A stretch of 63,994 nucleotides of DNA, counting the filler, from Octopus bimaculoides (Eukaryota): NCBI RefSeq assembly GCF_001194135.2. It is 6 parts of 6 records of this genome, joined end to end, with 100 filler letters (N's around TTAATTAATTAA, not from the genome) between each part and the next. Parts side by side here need not be neighbours in the genome. Positions count along the whole stretch, not along the records: positions 1 to 22,104 come from NC_068986.1; positions 22,205 to 34,383 come from NC_068989.1; 4 more parts are not named here. One strand, written 5' to 3'. The notes below the pieces were generated by a model, which searched no databases, had not been told where the DNA came from, and worked only from the letters and a program-made list of their open reading frames with translations. Positions within the stretch are counted from its first letter, which is position 1. The number at the start of each line of letters is the position of its first letter. Shown one piece after another: positions 12,259 through 25,325 of the stretch. The position numbers were made by a program, and so were the translations under genes.

Positions 12259-13371
12259 GTAAAAAGAAAAGGAAGTAAATAACATACATCTGTTTTTAGA
12301 AAATGAAAGGAGTTTACATATGTCTTTAATGGCGCAATTAGAAGAAACCTTAACATGATGTATATATACTCCATTGACCGGATCGAAATATATGAAAGTG
12401 AGTGTCAGTTGAAGTTAAAAAATGTGAGGGGTACCCACCCTGAGAACGGTGGTATTTGGATTTATTACCGAAAGTATCAAATCATTGCTTTGCGATGATG
12501 AGGACAAAACGAAACTTGGGAAGGAGTGGACAATTGTCGGGAAAGCGACTTGTTCAAGTCGTGGATTCTTATCGCTATGTAGGTGGTTACCGTTGGCTTA
12601 TTAATATATATGCATACATGCACACACGGGCACACATATAGGCACAGACACACACATACATATATATTTTATGTGTTTATGCGTGTACGTATGTCTTGTA
12701 AAATGTATCTCTATTTCGGCATTTTCTCCTATTTTTTTATACACCTTAATTTTAGTTTTGCCCTCCCCATTATATATATAATTTTCTTGTTGAAGGTCCT
12801 ACCATTCATTTCCACCTAACAACCCCCAAAACAATGAGGTTTACAACATCATATTCCCAAAGGATACCGATGCTAAAAATGGACCTCAGGCTGAACCAAA
12901 TCTTCCAGACGTCATAAAGAGCAAAGGATAAGGCAAATCAATGTTAAAGACCAAACTTCATACACTAAAAACAATACCATCGGTAAAAAATGTATAAGAA
13001 CCAACTGTAGTATATATTTTAGTCTGACAGAAAGATTAGTGATCCGTTTCATGCAAATACAATTCACAATAATAAATAACTTCACGCGTGCACCTGAAAA
13101 CCCACTGCATGCAACAACATGCTCTGAATGTAGAAAACATTTACATTGGAAAAACGAGAGGCACTTTATGACATCGTATGATTCTGCATAGATCGTAAAT
13201 TTGTACTTGGGAATACAAACAAATTCCACTTAATGAACAGAACCATGTGCTGGTGAAAAATAACAAATTTAACAATTTTCCCTTTATATCAATTTAGCGA
13301 TTACATAATTGTACATCAACAAATTAAAAAAGAAATACCATTCATAACCAAATTTCCACCATATTTAAATA

Positions 13372-13375
<4 letters not shown>

Positions 13376-13434
<59 letters not shown>
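13376..13434. repeat. (AG)n microsatellite
   Basis: Direct reading. Confidence 0.95.
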
Positions 13435-13437
<3 letters not shown>

Positions 13438-13847
13438 GCCAACAACTCTACTGCAAATTTTGCTAAAGTCACCAACGATTGTTACTAGCTATTATAGCTA
13501 GTAAGAACGACTGCCTTATCTGCTGCCGCTAACAACCCTGTCTGCTGCTGCTGCTGCTGCTGCTGACAACCCTATCTGTTTCCTCTATTACTAATAACCA
13601 CTACTCTTGCTACTACTACACTGCAGCAGTCAGAAGGAAATGAAATACGAGCACCATGTAAGGAATACATGTAACCTACCAGAAATGATATTATGAAAGA
13701 TTAATTTAACTTATTTCACTTAATTTTCCCTTTAGCATGACTAAATTGTCTTTTTAAGGTGATCGAAACCGGTTGCTGATTATTTACATAAAAGATGTAT
13801 AATTTTTACTCTTGTTCCATGAGCTCTGAAAGTATTTTCTTTTTGCC

Positions 13848-13908
<61 letters not shown>

Positions 13909-14333
13909 CGTTTACACACGCGCGCACACACATGCGCGCGAGTGTGTGTGTGTAAACGGACAGTCCACGTGTGCGTGAGTATAAACGGACATTGCTTCTT
14001 TCGAGCTTGTTACCTCACCCTCCCTGCCTCGGAGTGTATATATATATATATATATATTTGTAGTCAAAAACATTTTCCAAATATGCTCAAGTTTCGAAAT
14101 GATTGCGAGAAATGAAGTGTGTGTACTAACCAGATTTAAAAGCCACTACAAAGAAAAATCAGCGAGAGTAAATAAATAAAATAGATAAATGAGTAAATAA
14201 ATCAAAACACCGACAACAAACACACGGACATACTCTTTAACTTTATTGTCCTCTGAAAGATAAATATTGAGACAGTGAGAGCTAATGACGTGTGTAAAAC
14301 AAAACAACAAAGAAATACAAACAAGAAGGGAAG

Positions 14334-14422
14334 ATGTCGACCATCTCTTCGCTAAGGCAGCAGCGGATAGATCACTGCAGAGGACCACATCACAACTCTA
14401 CAATATGTGATGACTTCATAAG
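14334..14422 (+). CDS. Candidate first coding exon (MSTISSLRQQRIDHCRGPHHNSTICDDFI)
   Basis: AAGATGT start context, donor AAG|GTAGTA (phase 2), and upstream TATAAA (13980) and CACGTG in a CpG-retaining stretch. No homology recognised. Confidence 0.25.
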
Positions 14423-14499
14423 GTAGTACTGTATGTACAACTGGTCGGTTACATAATTCGCATGGCGATCATTATGGATAACTTTGATTAAGGGCCCAG

Positions 14500-15000
14500 C
14501 TACTAGTAGCTTAAAGCATCGTTCCTGGTAGGTAACGCCTAGATCGACTGCATTAGCAAATTAGTTAATCGGAATTTGATAGAGACAATCTCCAACAACT
14601 GTTGGGGTACTTTCTGAAGGGAACTATTAAAATATATTCTATAAGGTATAGTAAAGAAGTAGCGATAAAGAACAATAGATTTAAAGAGACGATTAGAAGC
14701 TGACGTCCTCAACTATTTCTTCGCCGTAAAAGACTCAGACAGCGTTGTTAAAGCACATACTCTTAGACATGAGAAAGGAAATGAACGCAGGAGTCAGGGG
14801 AAGAGTAGAGACGTTGCAACAAAACTACAATGAGATCTTTAGTGGACGACGGTGGATGTATGTGGTTTTCCAGTCGCGTATGTTTCGGGCCTAACAGTAT
14901 CTGAAAATATATTGGCAGATCCTGCATTCTCCCTAACCGAGTGTTTGTAAAGAAGGGGGAGTAACTTTCACTTCTAACGCAGCTCAAATACATCATGCAA
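14500..15000 (+). mobile_element. Ancient Tx1/L1-like ORF2 remnant
   Basis: RCNKTTMRSLVDDGGC aligns with GNKTTIRSLTDRDGHEL, and DSVVKAHTLRHEKG aligns with GCIVRAKARALRNEG, of the element at 22420-25045. Confidence 0.5.
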
Positions 15001-16101
15001 TAAAGTACTCTTTAAACGTTAAGGACCTCATTCAATAAGTTGTGGGGATGATAGGTAAATGTATATTTATTGGCGTCACTCAAAATAATTCGGTCCCTTG
15101 TAAAACTATATTCTCCGTTTGCTGTGTGATGAAGTAGAATGTAATGTGCCTGAAAGAACCTTTGTATCTTCACTGCCTCTCTGGATGTAATAACTAATCC
15201 AAATCACCTCACTGCTTATACATCTACCTCTATCACGCCCATCGCGTCTGAGCCTCATTTGCCATTCTTTCCATTAAATATTTTATTTCAAGAACTGTAG
15301 TTCTATATATTTCCGTTCATGCTATTCAGTCCTTTGAATCAATTCAGACTCATAAATCTAGGCACGTGAGAGAGTAAACGGGAAAAAATAAAATGAAACT
15401 AAAAAAGTTTCGTAATTTCCAGAGAGTGCATAGTCAAGACATTCCTAGCAGGAATTGAACACGATTCGTAATTACTAACAAGTCATTGGGTCACCATAGA
15501 CAACTCCATCTTCTATGTTGAGGTTAAAGCAGCATCGCGGAGACCATCTCGCTTTATGATATTTGTTTATATTTGATATTACAAAGAAAAACAAGGAATG
15601 TCAGAACGATGAATCGAATCTGAGATTCTGACACTGCTTGCTGAGAGCTTACCATCACTCTATATCGAACGCACTCCACGGCTATATGGATAAATTTAAT
15701 TTGCGTTAGCACATGACTTCAGTGCTGGAATGTTCATGTGATCAAACTTTTGGTATATTATTATTATAAACACTACCACAATGTATGAAGTACAATATAC
15801 AATTATGGTTGAATAATCTAAAGCGACGTAGAAAAGAATGATATTTTTTTTTTGAGTTGCACGTTTGTTTTAGATTTTATAGCTTTCACAAGACTCTATG
15901 GAATCGAAATTAACAGAATATTTTCTGCCTGTACTACTATGGAAACCTGCTACTGATGTCATTGTTGTGACTATTCGGATTTTGTTACGTTTATAGTCGC
16001 TTGTGATTGTTGTGGTCGTACATAGCTATTTGTTGTTGTTGTTGTCAGTGTAAACAGTGTAATAGGATTGATTTATGAGAACTTTTGATATCTTACATTA
16101 A

Positions 16102-17380
16102 TCCTTTTAAAACGGTTCACGTAAATTAACGCCGCAATATACATGCTTTAAATCAGTCGACGTAATTATACGCTGCCTGACTTAGAACCTGTCTCCTGAG
16201 TTAGTACCGGTCCACCTGCCAACCGATAGGCCGATTAGATGTTTCATGTAAATACTAAGAACCCGATAGGCTGGTCCTACCCCTCTGGTTGTGTCAACTT
16301 CGTCATCGTGTCCTGTTTCGTCGAATTTACGGTCGTCGGTCCTACCACTCCGGTTCCGTCAACTTCGTCATCGTATCCTGTTTCGTCGAATTTACGGTCG
16401 TCGCGTCAAGTTACATCAAGCTCCACCACCTCATCAGTTGTTTCTTCCGGTTAGGACGATAACTCGTAGAGTGAGTGCTTTCGTAGTTCAGATTCAGATG
16501 ATTCCGATAGCGATGTTGATATTCCTGTGAATCAAAGGTACAGGCGGGCAGCAGTGATTGTCCCTGGATATCAGAATGTGTAATGTGGTGAGCAAGACAC
16601 ACTTTCGTCCGATGGCATTGGTTTACTGGTACGCCTGGCATGAAGGCATACTTTGAACATGGAATTTCGCCATTGGAAATCTACGATTTTTTAACGGATG
16701 AAATGATCCAATATATAATGGACGAAACGAATGACTATGCTGAAAAGCATCTCCAGACCCGGGCATGGTGGTGATTAGTTTCCAACTACAGGAGACAAAA
16801 TCAAAGTTCTGCTTGCCTTGCTGATACTGATGAGCATTGTGAAGAAACCGACTCTGAAATCGGGATCCAGCCACATTGACACCTTTCTTTCTGGAAATGA
16901 TACCACGTGATCGATTGTTGGCGCTTCTTCGAAATCTACATTTCAACTCAGGCGAGAACCAGGATGACAGGCTGCACAAATTACGTCCTATCATTGACGA
17001 AGTGGCTGAAAATTTCAGAATGCTGTATGTCCCCATACAGGACATTTATACGGACGAGAGTTTGTGGAAATTCAAGGAAAGACTTCGATTGAAACCTGAC
17101 CAAATGTGCCCGCTTTGGAGTCAAGGTTTATAAAGTCAACTGGCAAGGCCAGTTGATTGGCATAGAGTAATGCTCTAACGCCTGGGACACTGTCGTGCCC
17201 TGCACATACAAATATTGTAAACTCTATCCAAAACAAAACGACGCAACAAATCGGCAAATACACACTCAGTACGCCGCTGCAATGTCTGGCCCACATATGC
17301 GCAGTTTCCTCTCTTTGACTATTTCATTATTGCAATGGCTTCTAATCATATTTATTGGCTATTTACAAGTATCTCTATTC
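16102..17380 (+). mobile_element. Internally deleted piggyBac transposon (PGBD4-like transposase pseudogene)
   Basis: MIPRDRLLALLRNLHF...DRLHKLRPIIDEVAENFRMLYVPIQDIYTDESLWKFKERL and ARFGVKVYK are typical DDE_Tnp_1_7 motifs. The 5' end is TTAA|TCCTTT at 16098-16107. A degenerate Cys-rich C-terminus lies near 17200-17340. The 3' end was not located precisely. Confidence 0.85.
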
Positions 17381-18890
17381 TAATGAGTACAGATATAGTT
17401 GTGTGGTTAAGAAGATAGTTTTGCAGCTATGTGACTTCAAGTTCACATGGCCTGTGCAAGTTCAGTTAGATTGACCACTTGATTGGAAGTATTAAGATCA
17501 ATTCTCCGGTGCTTCCTAGCACCAGCCATGGAAGTTTTGAAAATGTTAAGCGCACATTCTTCCTTCGCCGACTTAGACATAAAAAAGATCAGCTTATACA
17601 TCTACTTCTCCTTGTGACTCACCAAAGTCTTTACTAAATACGTCAAATTTCATTCTCTCACCATTCACATTATTGTTTAATTTCATTTCAGTCCTAACCC
17701 AACAAACCTTAAAATCCAATGTCTTCCAGCCGTATCCACCCCGTCTTTTTCCTGATATTGTGTACCAAGGACTATATCATCGACTAGTGTGTTGATAAGA
17801 TGATAAATTGTGAGTTGAAGGAAATTTGGCTGCCACTTTTAGTAGGTAGAGATATCATGTCAACTTGATTTTCTTGCAACTTATTGATGTTTGAACTAAC
17901 GGCATCAGACCTTCCGAGGGTATGCAAAATGAAATGAATACTGTCCGTTTCTCCTGACAAACTTATGAAAAATGTAACATCATTGAGAAACCGCTGAAAT
18001 GGACATTGGCAGCCGATGAACTTTCTGATAGAAGAAACTTTTCTGTTATCCTGTCTGAATACTTAAACATGTAAATCAAGGCAAAACTAGAACCGATCAT
18101 AGACATTGTGCTTACTGTTGATAACATTCGATTAAATGAATCTAGGAAAGGCACATTTATCGAAAGTATATTGGTCGAAATACAAATTTGTTGAAAGACG
18201 TTTTCGTGGAAAACAATTGGGTGAAAGGCAAATTAATTTTAATCAAAGAAAAGCAGAGTAAATATGTCACTATTCGAGGGAATAGTAATATATTTCAAAG
18301 AAATAGGTAACAACAATTATATATTATAATTATTTAAATAATCAGTTCAAACTAGCCTCAGATCAATACTGATCAAACAAATCGACGATCAAAGGCTTTC
18401 CAGATGTTAACATCCAACCCTTTTTCAAAACGTATTTAGTACTTCATCATACATTGTGCCACATCTTTGAAAATAGTTCTGTGTGCTATGGAACAAATTT
18501 AGCTGCTAATTTTAGCATGCCATGCAAGTGCATTGGGGCTCCTTGTTGGCTTGCAAAACCTCTAGTAGAGGTTGTGCCATACCTTCGTTTATGTGTGGAT
18601 TTTTAAAACTACCAAGATTTCTATTCGCATTTAAAAAAATAAAAGTATTCTTATGCTTTGAATATCAGAAATTCAGAATCTGTTAAAAACCCCCCATTTA
18701 TTCCCTTAATCAGAGGCGGATGACAGTTAGAGAATGTACAGCTGCTTCCTATTTAAAAACAAATACCTTTATCTTTTGTATAAAACATAGCGATTGTATT
18801 TGAAGTGTGTAAATATATGTTTGTAATTACATCTTCAGTAAACTGAAACAACAGCACTTTAAATTTTCTGAGCGTGAAAGAGTACATTAA

Positions 18891-19107
18891 TAATGGTTTC
18901 AAATTTTGACGCAAGACCACCAATTTCAGGGTAAGGGATAAGGCGATTATATCGACCTCACTGCTCAACTGCAAATTATTTTATTTACCCGGAATGGATG
19001 AAAAGTCGATTTCGGCGGAGTTTGAACTCCGGACGTAAGGATCGACTAAATGCCGTAAAGCATTTTGCCCGGCGTACTAATGATTCCGCCAGCTCGCTGC
19101 CTAACAA
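18891..19107 (-). mobile_element. SINE family A with a 10-bp TSD
   Basis: Reverse complement of the family A body. AGTACATTAA occurs at 18881-18890 and 19108-19117. Confidence 0.9.
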
Positions 19108-19584
19108 AGTACATTAAGAATGCTATGATTATTGAGCTCACCATTACTTTCTTTATTTTGAAAACTAGTTCAGCTATTACAAGAATTTCGTGTTCATTAT
19201 CCGCGTTATTAAGCAACATTTATGAAGCATTGGACTGAAATTCCATATTATTGTGTTTTTAAAAGTGCTATTTACATTGTTTAAAAAATAAATTATTAAT
19301 TAATTAAATAAATAAATGTCAATAAATAAAACAATTTGAATGGTTGAAGTTCAAACTACACATATTTGAAAACCGTGAACGATAAACAGAAAAAGGCAAA
19401 AAGCATTATATAATGAACACGTACTGAAGTATCAACTAGAATTTACGTAAAAGGCGATCGGTCATTTTATTCAAAGCTCCATCTAACTACCATCCCAGTT
19501 AACGAAGGATCGACTTTACTTGTCTTGCTTGGAATTGCGGCCGATTCGCTAATAGATCGCATCTTACTGCCAAAACACATATCT

Positions 19585-19800
19585 TTTATCTTTCGTCATT
19601 TGACTGTGGTCATGTTGGGGCACGGCTTTAAAGGGGGATTTAATCGAACAAATCGACCCCAGGACTTATTTTTTAATTAGCCTGGATTCTCTTTTGCCGA
19701 ACCCATATGTTACGGGAACGTAAACACATCAACACCGGTTGTCAAGAGGTGGTGGGGCACAACTACATAGAGAAAGGTACACACACACACATGCACTCAC
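19585..19800 (-). mobile_element. SINE family B, 3' half
   Basis: CATTTGACTGTGGTCATG...AATCGACCCCAGGACTTATT...CCGGTTGTCAAG. Confidence 0.8.
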
Positions 19801-19842
19801 AAACAAACACAAACACACACACACACACACACTGATATATAC

Positions 19843-20015
19843 ATAGGCGTGTCTGTGTGTTAGAAGCTTGCTTCTCAACCACATAGCCCTGGGTTCAGTC
19901 CCACTGTGTGGCACCGTGGGCAGGTGTCTTCTACTATAACCTCGGACGACCAATGCCGTGTGAGTAGATTTAGTAGACGGAAACTGAAAGAAGCCCGTTG
20001 TATACACACACAAAC

Positions 20016-20053
<38 letters not shown>
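19843..20053 (+). mobile_element. SINE family B head running into (TA)n and an N gap
   Basis: ATAGGCGTGTCTGTGTGTTAGAAGCTTGC...GGTTCAGTCCCACTGTGTGGCACC...GAAACTGAAAGAAGCCCG. Confidence 0.85.
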
Positions 20054-20902
20054 NNNNNNNNNNNNNNNNNNNNNNNNNNNNNNNNNNNNNNNNNNNNNNN
20101 NNNNNNNNNNNNNNNNNNNNNNNNNNNNNNNNNNNNNNNNNNNNNNNNNNNNNNNNNNNNNNNNNNNNNNNNNNNNNNNNNNNNNNNNNNNNNNNNNNNN
20201 NNNNNNNNNNNNNNNNNNNNNNNNNNNNNNNNNNNNNNNNNNNNNNNNNNNNNNNNNNNNNNNNNNNNNNNNNNNNNNNNNNNNNNNNNNNNNNNNNNNN
20301 NNNNNNNNNNNNNNNNNNNNNNNNNNNNNNNNNNNNNNNNNNNNNNNNNNNNNNNNNNNNNNNNNNNNNNNNNNNNNNNNNNNNNNNNNNNNNNNNNNNN
20401 NNNNNNNNNNNNNNNNNNNNNNNNNNNNNNNNNNNNNNNNNNNNNNNNNNNNNNNNNNNNNNNNNNNNNNNNNNNNNNNNNNNNNNNNNNNNNNNNNNNN
20501 NNNNNNNNNNNNNNNNNNNNNNNNNNNNNNNNNNNNNNNNNNNNNNNNNNNNNNNNNNNNNNNNNNNNNNNNNNNNNNNNNNNNNNNNNNNNNNNNNNNN
20601 NNNNNNNNNNNNNNNNNNNNNNNNNNNNNNNNNNNNNNNNNNNNNNNNNNNNNNNNNNNNNNNNNNNNNNNNNNNNNNNNNNNNNNNNNNNNNNNNNNNN
20701 NNNNNNNNNNNNNNNNNNNNNNNNNNNNNNNNNNNNNNNNNNNNNNNNNNNNNNNNNNNNNNNNNNNNNNNNNNNNNNNNNNNNNNNNNNNNNNNNNNNN
20801 NNNNNNNNNNNNNNNNNNNNNNNNNNNNNNNNNNNNNNNNNNNNNNNNNNNNNNNNNNNNNNNNNNNNNNNNNNNNNNNNNNNNNNNNNNNNNNNNNNNN
20901 NN

Positions 20903-21092
20903 ATATATATATATATATATATACACACGCACAACTGACTTCTTTCAGTTTCCGTCTACCAAATCCACTCACAAAGCATTGGTCGGTCCGAGGCAAAAGT
21001 AGAAGACACTTGCCGAAGGTGCCACACAGTGAGATTGAACTCGGAACCATGTGGTTGGGAAGCAAACTTGCTACCACACAGTCACTCTATGT
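20903..21092 (-). mobile_element. SINE family B head, inverted relative to 19843-20053
   Basis: CTTTCAGTTTCCGTCTACCAAATCCACTCACAAAG...GTGCCTAT. Confidence 0.85.
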
Positions 21093-22072
21093 GCCTATAA
21101 TTACATTTTCTGACATCGTAGCTGAGACTGTTTTCTATTGAAAATATCAGAGGCACAACAATAATGGAATGCATCCATTAAAATTCAGGACTACTACAGA
21201 GACATTGCATTTAAGGTATCAAACAGATGTTTTCTTTTTATCCGTGAACCCACCCACCAAAATTTGTGCAGTCTCAGAGCAGTCGGCTTCCTAGAAAATG
21301 TTTTAACTGTCGCGTTTAAAATGGAGGAGATACATCAACGAATAACAACAACGAAGGAAACTTTACGAGGTCACTCAACGCGCTACGAGTAGCAGTCAAT
21401 TTTTCTTCATATCGTAATATATCTCTTAGAAAAGGACAGGTTATACAATGCTGGAAAAAAAATGGGGCTGTCAAAAGAAACAGAAAAGACAAAACAAGAC
21501 TGGGACATATTTAAGCTTAAGCCTGTTTGGTTATGACTCATAGCAACAAGAAGAACGAGAGCAGTAACCACGATATATTTTGTTTACCTGAGAACAAGGA
21601 GACCGATGATCGGAAACTTCCAGCTGTGACCATTTCGTTTTTTTATTAAGATGTAGAGAATACATATAAAGTATCCTTCTGCGTTTAAGGTGATAAAGTG
21701 TGATTTGAGGCGAGATATCGCTGCTATTTCCAAGGAGGACAAAAAACACACCTATATCCTATATAAAGAGATAAGCACGCAATCATTCATGGAAATATGT
21801 ATGAACAAGAAAACGTTGTCGTTTGTTAGCGAATGTATTAATTCTGTAAAGAATTTAAATATTTTAAGATAATGCGTACAAATAAATACGTATACAATGA
21901 AGTGTAAACAAAATCTTGTATTTCAAAACGCACTCGTCAAACAAGATTCGTATTAGTATATGTTTAAATATTTGTATGCGTAAATATATATGTATGCATG
22001 TATGTTTGTACGTATTATATATATATATACATAAACATATATATATATATTTATGTATATATATATATGATG

Positions 22073-22104
<32 letters not shown>

Positions 22105-22419
22105 NNNNNNNNNNNNNNNNNNNNNNNNNNNNNNNNNNNNNNNNNNNNTTAATTAATTAANNNNNNNNNNNNNNNNNNNNNNNNNNNNNNNNNNNNNNNN
22201 NNNNAAAGTTCTGTTAATATCATTCGATTTTTCTATTTTATATAATTTTTAAAATCATGTTTTATGTAAACCATTCGCATTACTGATCCCAATCAGTTGT
22301 TTTGTACCATTCTATGTTTGGCCCCCTGTGGGCAATAAAGAAATTGGTATTTCGTCTGCCGTTATGCTCTGAGTTCAAATTCCACCGAGGTCAACTTTGC
22401 CTTTCCTCCTTTCGGGGTC

Positions 22420-25045
22420 TTTTCTTGGTCCAGAACTACAGTTCAGTTAGGGAGACGACCTGTGGAAAGGCCCGTTTGACAAACAATGACCACACCTGTT
22501 TAGGCAGAACATCTGGAGATGCCGCTGCCTCAGCGGCTTGTCTGCGCATCATTAACCACGCATGCCGAGCCTTTCGCGTAGAGGGCAGCAGATGCACCAA
22601 CTTGGCGAGACGCGAACAGGGGCAAGGCACGACGATCAAGCAGTAGTAAATAAATGTGATGTACGAATTCGCCACTTCCGCCCGACCTTTCAGTGATAAC
22701 TTCCTCGCAGCCCATTTATGGGTGAGATTGTCTACGCTGTCTTAATTCATCACCTCGTCTTAATTCTTATCCACTTAGAGGTTTGGTCTGAAACAAACCC
22801 CAAGCAATTTTACCAGTTCGTCCGTTCAGCGCCCAACGACGCTGCTGGATGGTATGGACTTGCCTCTCCAGGTTCCGACTTGCAAGNNNNNNNNNNGGAC
22901 TTGCCTCTCCAGGTTCCGACTTGCAAGCCCACCGACTTTTCCGGTTAATTTTAAGTTTTGCTCCCGTCAACTTTTCCTATTTCTCTAATAATGTGCCGAC
23001 CACTTCGATTTCTGAGGTGTCTGACACCATCACGGTGTCCGGATAAACTGACACAGCCCTTCTGCGTCCCGGTTCAAGCGGGATGCCCTGCAACGGCTCC
23101 AGCGTCTGCAGTAAAAGCTAAAGAGTTAATACGTACATACGGGAGGAGAGAGGGCGCCCTTGACAGACTGATCGGGAGATCTGAAACGGTTCAGAGAAGT
23201 GACCATTAACTTTGAAGACCGAGCAGATGCCGCTGTGCATTGCAGCGATGCAACTACTGAAGACGGGGCCGAAGCCAGCCGCTTTGAGGTTAGCCTCCGA
23301 GTACCGATAGCTGACACTATCAAATGCTTTCGATTGATCTAAGTTGACCAACACCCCACACTTTCTATGATGTATCGCATGAGGTGGAAGTTGTCGTGTA
23401 TGTACCTGGTCGGGATTGCACAGGTTTGCGCCTTCCCAACCAAATCCTCGACGACAGACGCCAACCTCTTCATTAACACTTTGGCCAAACTTCTCAGCTC
23501 TGTGTTAAGCAGAGTTATGGGCTTGAAGTTATCTAATGCTTCCGTCATTCCCTATCAGTGTCACTACACCCCGGCTCACAAAACTGGGAATACTCCCGTT
23601 CTGCTGCCAGTTGCAGTAGGGCGTTTCGAAGAGATCGGAGAACAAGTCTGGCATATTTACGTAAAGCTCATGGGACAGATCATTTAAACCAGGTGGCTTG
23701 CGCTTCGAGCAGCCGACAAGGGCATCCTGAATTTCGGCTAAAGTCATCTGCCTTTCACAGTGCTCAGCGGTGGCCGTCGAGAGACGCGGCAAGCCTACGA
23801 TATAGCGACTGAAGTCCGCCACTACCTCCGCTCTGCCATTCTCCCAGAACAACCGATCAAAGTGCTGGCGAAAGGCCTCACACATCTGCCTGTAATCGCT
23901 CAGCTCGTGTCCGTCTCGGTCCGTCAAAGACCGAATTGTGGTTTTTGTTACCACGCTGCGCCTCCGCCACGGGGGCCCATCGAATAGCTTTGATCCCCTC
24001 GTTTCTTAGAGCACGCGCCTTTGCTTTGCTCTGACAATGCAGCCTTCATATTTTGAATTGGTCTAATGCCATTCTCGCTGCTAGCACGTCGGTTGCAATG
24101 CCACTAAAAATAGCTACGTCTAATTTAGCTACTAACCACTTCTCTCTTCTAGTTTTTCTAACGCTACCTTTTTGTTAAACCCTATCGATATTACTTTAAT
24201 ATCTCTTTTGAGAGCCTGTGTTAACGACCTCCCCTGTCAACTTCTGCTTAACTAAATTGCTGACCCTGTAAACCGGAAACGACATATTCAAATTCAAGTC
24301 CCCGGGCTCTAACCTATTACAGACTTATGATCTGAATAGGCGACCGTTTTAAAAAGTGGTTATCATTCACTATTACTCTCTATGTTCCTAGTGAAAATTC
24401 CATCTATATACGATCTAGATGACATCAAGCAGGTGGTCCAGGTACACACTGGCGCATTATGGAAATCTCATCGGTACCTGTCAGACAGTTGGAACTGGCT
24501 GATTAGGTGCTTGAGGCTTTTGCATCCCATGGTCTCATCAGCTACTCCCACACAACCCCAGCGTTATTCTAAGATACCGTTCTAGTCCCATACTAATAGT
24601 AAAGGGCGAGACGTACTTAGAAAAGCTTCCAGACGCCTTACGAAATCCGGCCGTTTGGCTCCGGTAGGGGCGTAGACGGCCACTAGTCTAAATCACCACA
24701 TTCACTATTGCTCACATCCAGGACCACCAACTTCCCGTTCGGGTCCAGGAAAATAAACCTTACCTCAAGATCCAGATCTTTCTTAAACAGCACAGCTACT
24801 CCACATCCCATTTCAGGCTGACTAACAGATGCAAAAATCTGACAGTCGTCGAAAATGGGGGCCAGTGCCTGTGTATTGGAAATTCTGGTCTCAATGACAG
24901 CTATTACAACTAGTTCTAAAGACTTGAAGTCGTTGAGTAGGTGCCCTTGTTTCCAGGGTGACCTCAGGCCTCGAACATTTCAAATTGCTGCTCTTAATAT
25001 GGTCATATTGGCAAGCTAAAAAGAGAAGGAAAAGATATACTTACC
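22420..25045 (-). mobile_element. Tx1/L1-like LINE ORF2 (APE endonuclease + RT), degenerate, 3' part missing
   Basis: ORF2 start at 25006 reads MTILRAAI*NVRGL..VIETR..GVAVLFK (APE). RT motifs are KPPGLNDLSHELY, FKPITLLNTELRSLAKVL, IHDNFHLMR, LVNLDQSKAFDSV and RSVCQGRPLS. Confidence 0.9.
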
Positions 25046-25325
25046 TTCCGGTGTCTTGTGGAGGTTGGATGGTTCGACTTCCATAATTGATGGGGTTTTG
25101 GAGGAACCCCTTTAAGAATCTTGATGTGGGTCTCACGTTCGCGGTTTCCACGTCCTCATGAAAGCTCTCTCGAATTTTTGTGAAGGAATCGAGCAACATT
25201 CGCACCACAAGCAAATCTTGTACGCGAAATGTATCCATCTGATTTTCACAAGACATCGGGGAGTAAGTAAATCTTTCCATTTTCTCTTTAGCTTGCCAAC
25301 ATGGCCATATTAAGAGTAGGAACTG
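25046..25325 (+). mobile_element. Inverted segment of the same LINE (pre-ORF2 region plus the first codons of ORF2)
   Basis: The + strand 25264-25320 is the reverse complement of 24991-25045. MAILRVG at 25301 (+) mirrors MTILRAA at 25006 (-). Confidence 0.65.

Noticed and set aside
16330-16440. Other CTGA(T/C)GA hits (16433-16439 on -, also 4678, 16827, 56552 and 60813)
   Set aside because: No convincing stems I-III with GAAA and a cleavage triplet; most lie within TE coding remnants.
17961-18230. Coding-looking stretch (EKPLKWTLAADELSDRRNF…)
   Set aside because: Interrupted by stops, with no usable acceptor and no family I can recognise; possibly an old TE remnant.
22149-22160. TTAATTAATTAA inside N runs (also at 34428, 52628, 61539 and 62840)
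   Set aside because: An identical 12-mer with stops in all six frames, always embedded in gaps: a scaffolding linker, not biology.
22856-22927. 31-bp direct repeat either side of a 10-N gap
   Set aside because: Identical sequence flanking a placeholder gap indicates an unmerged contig overlap.
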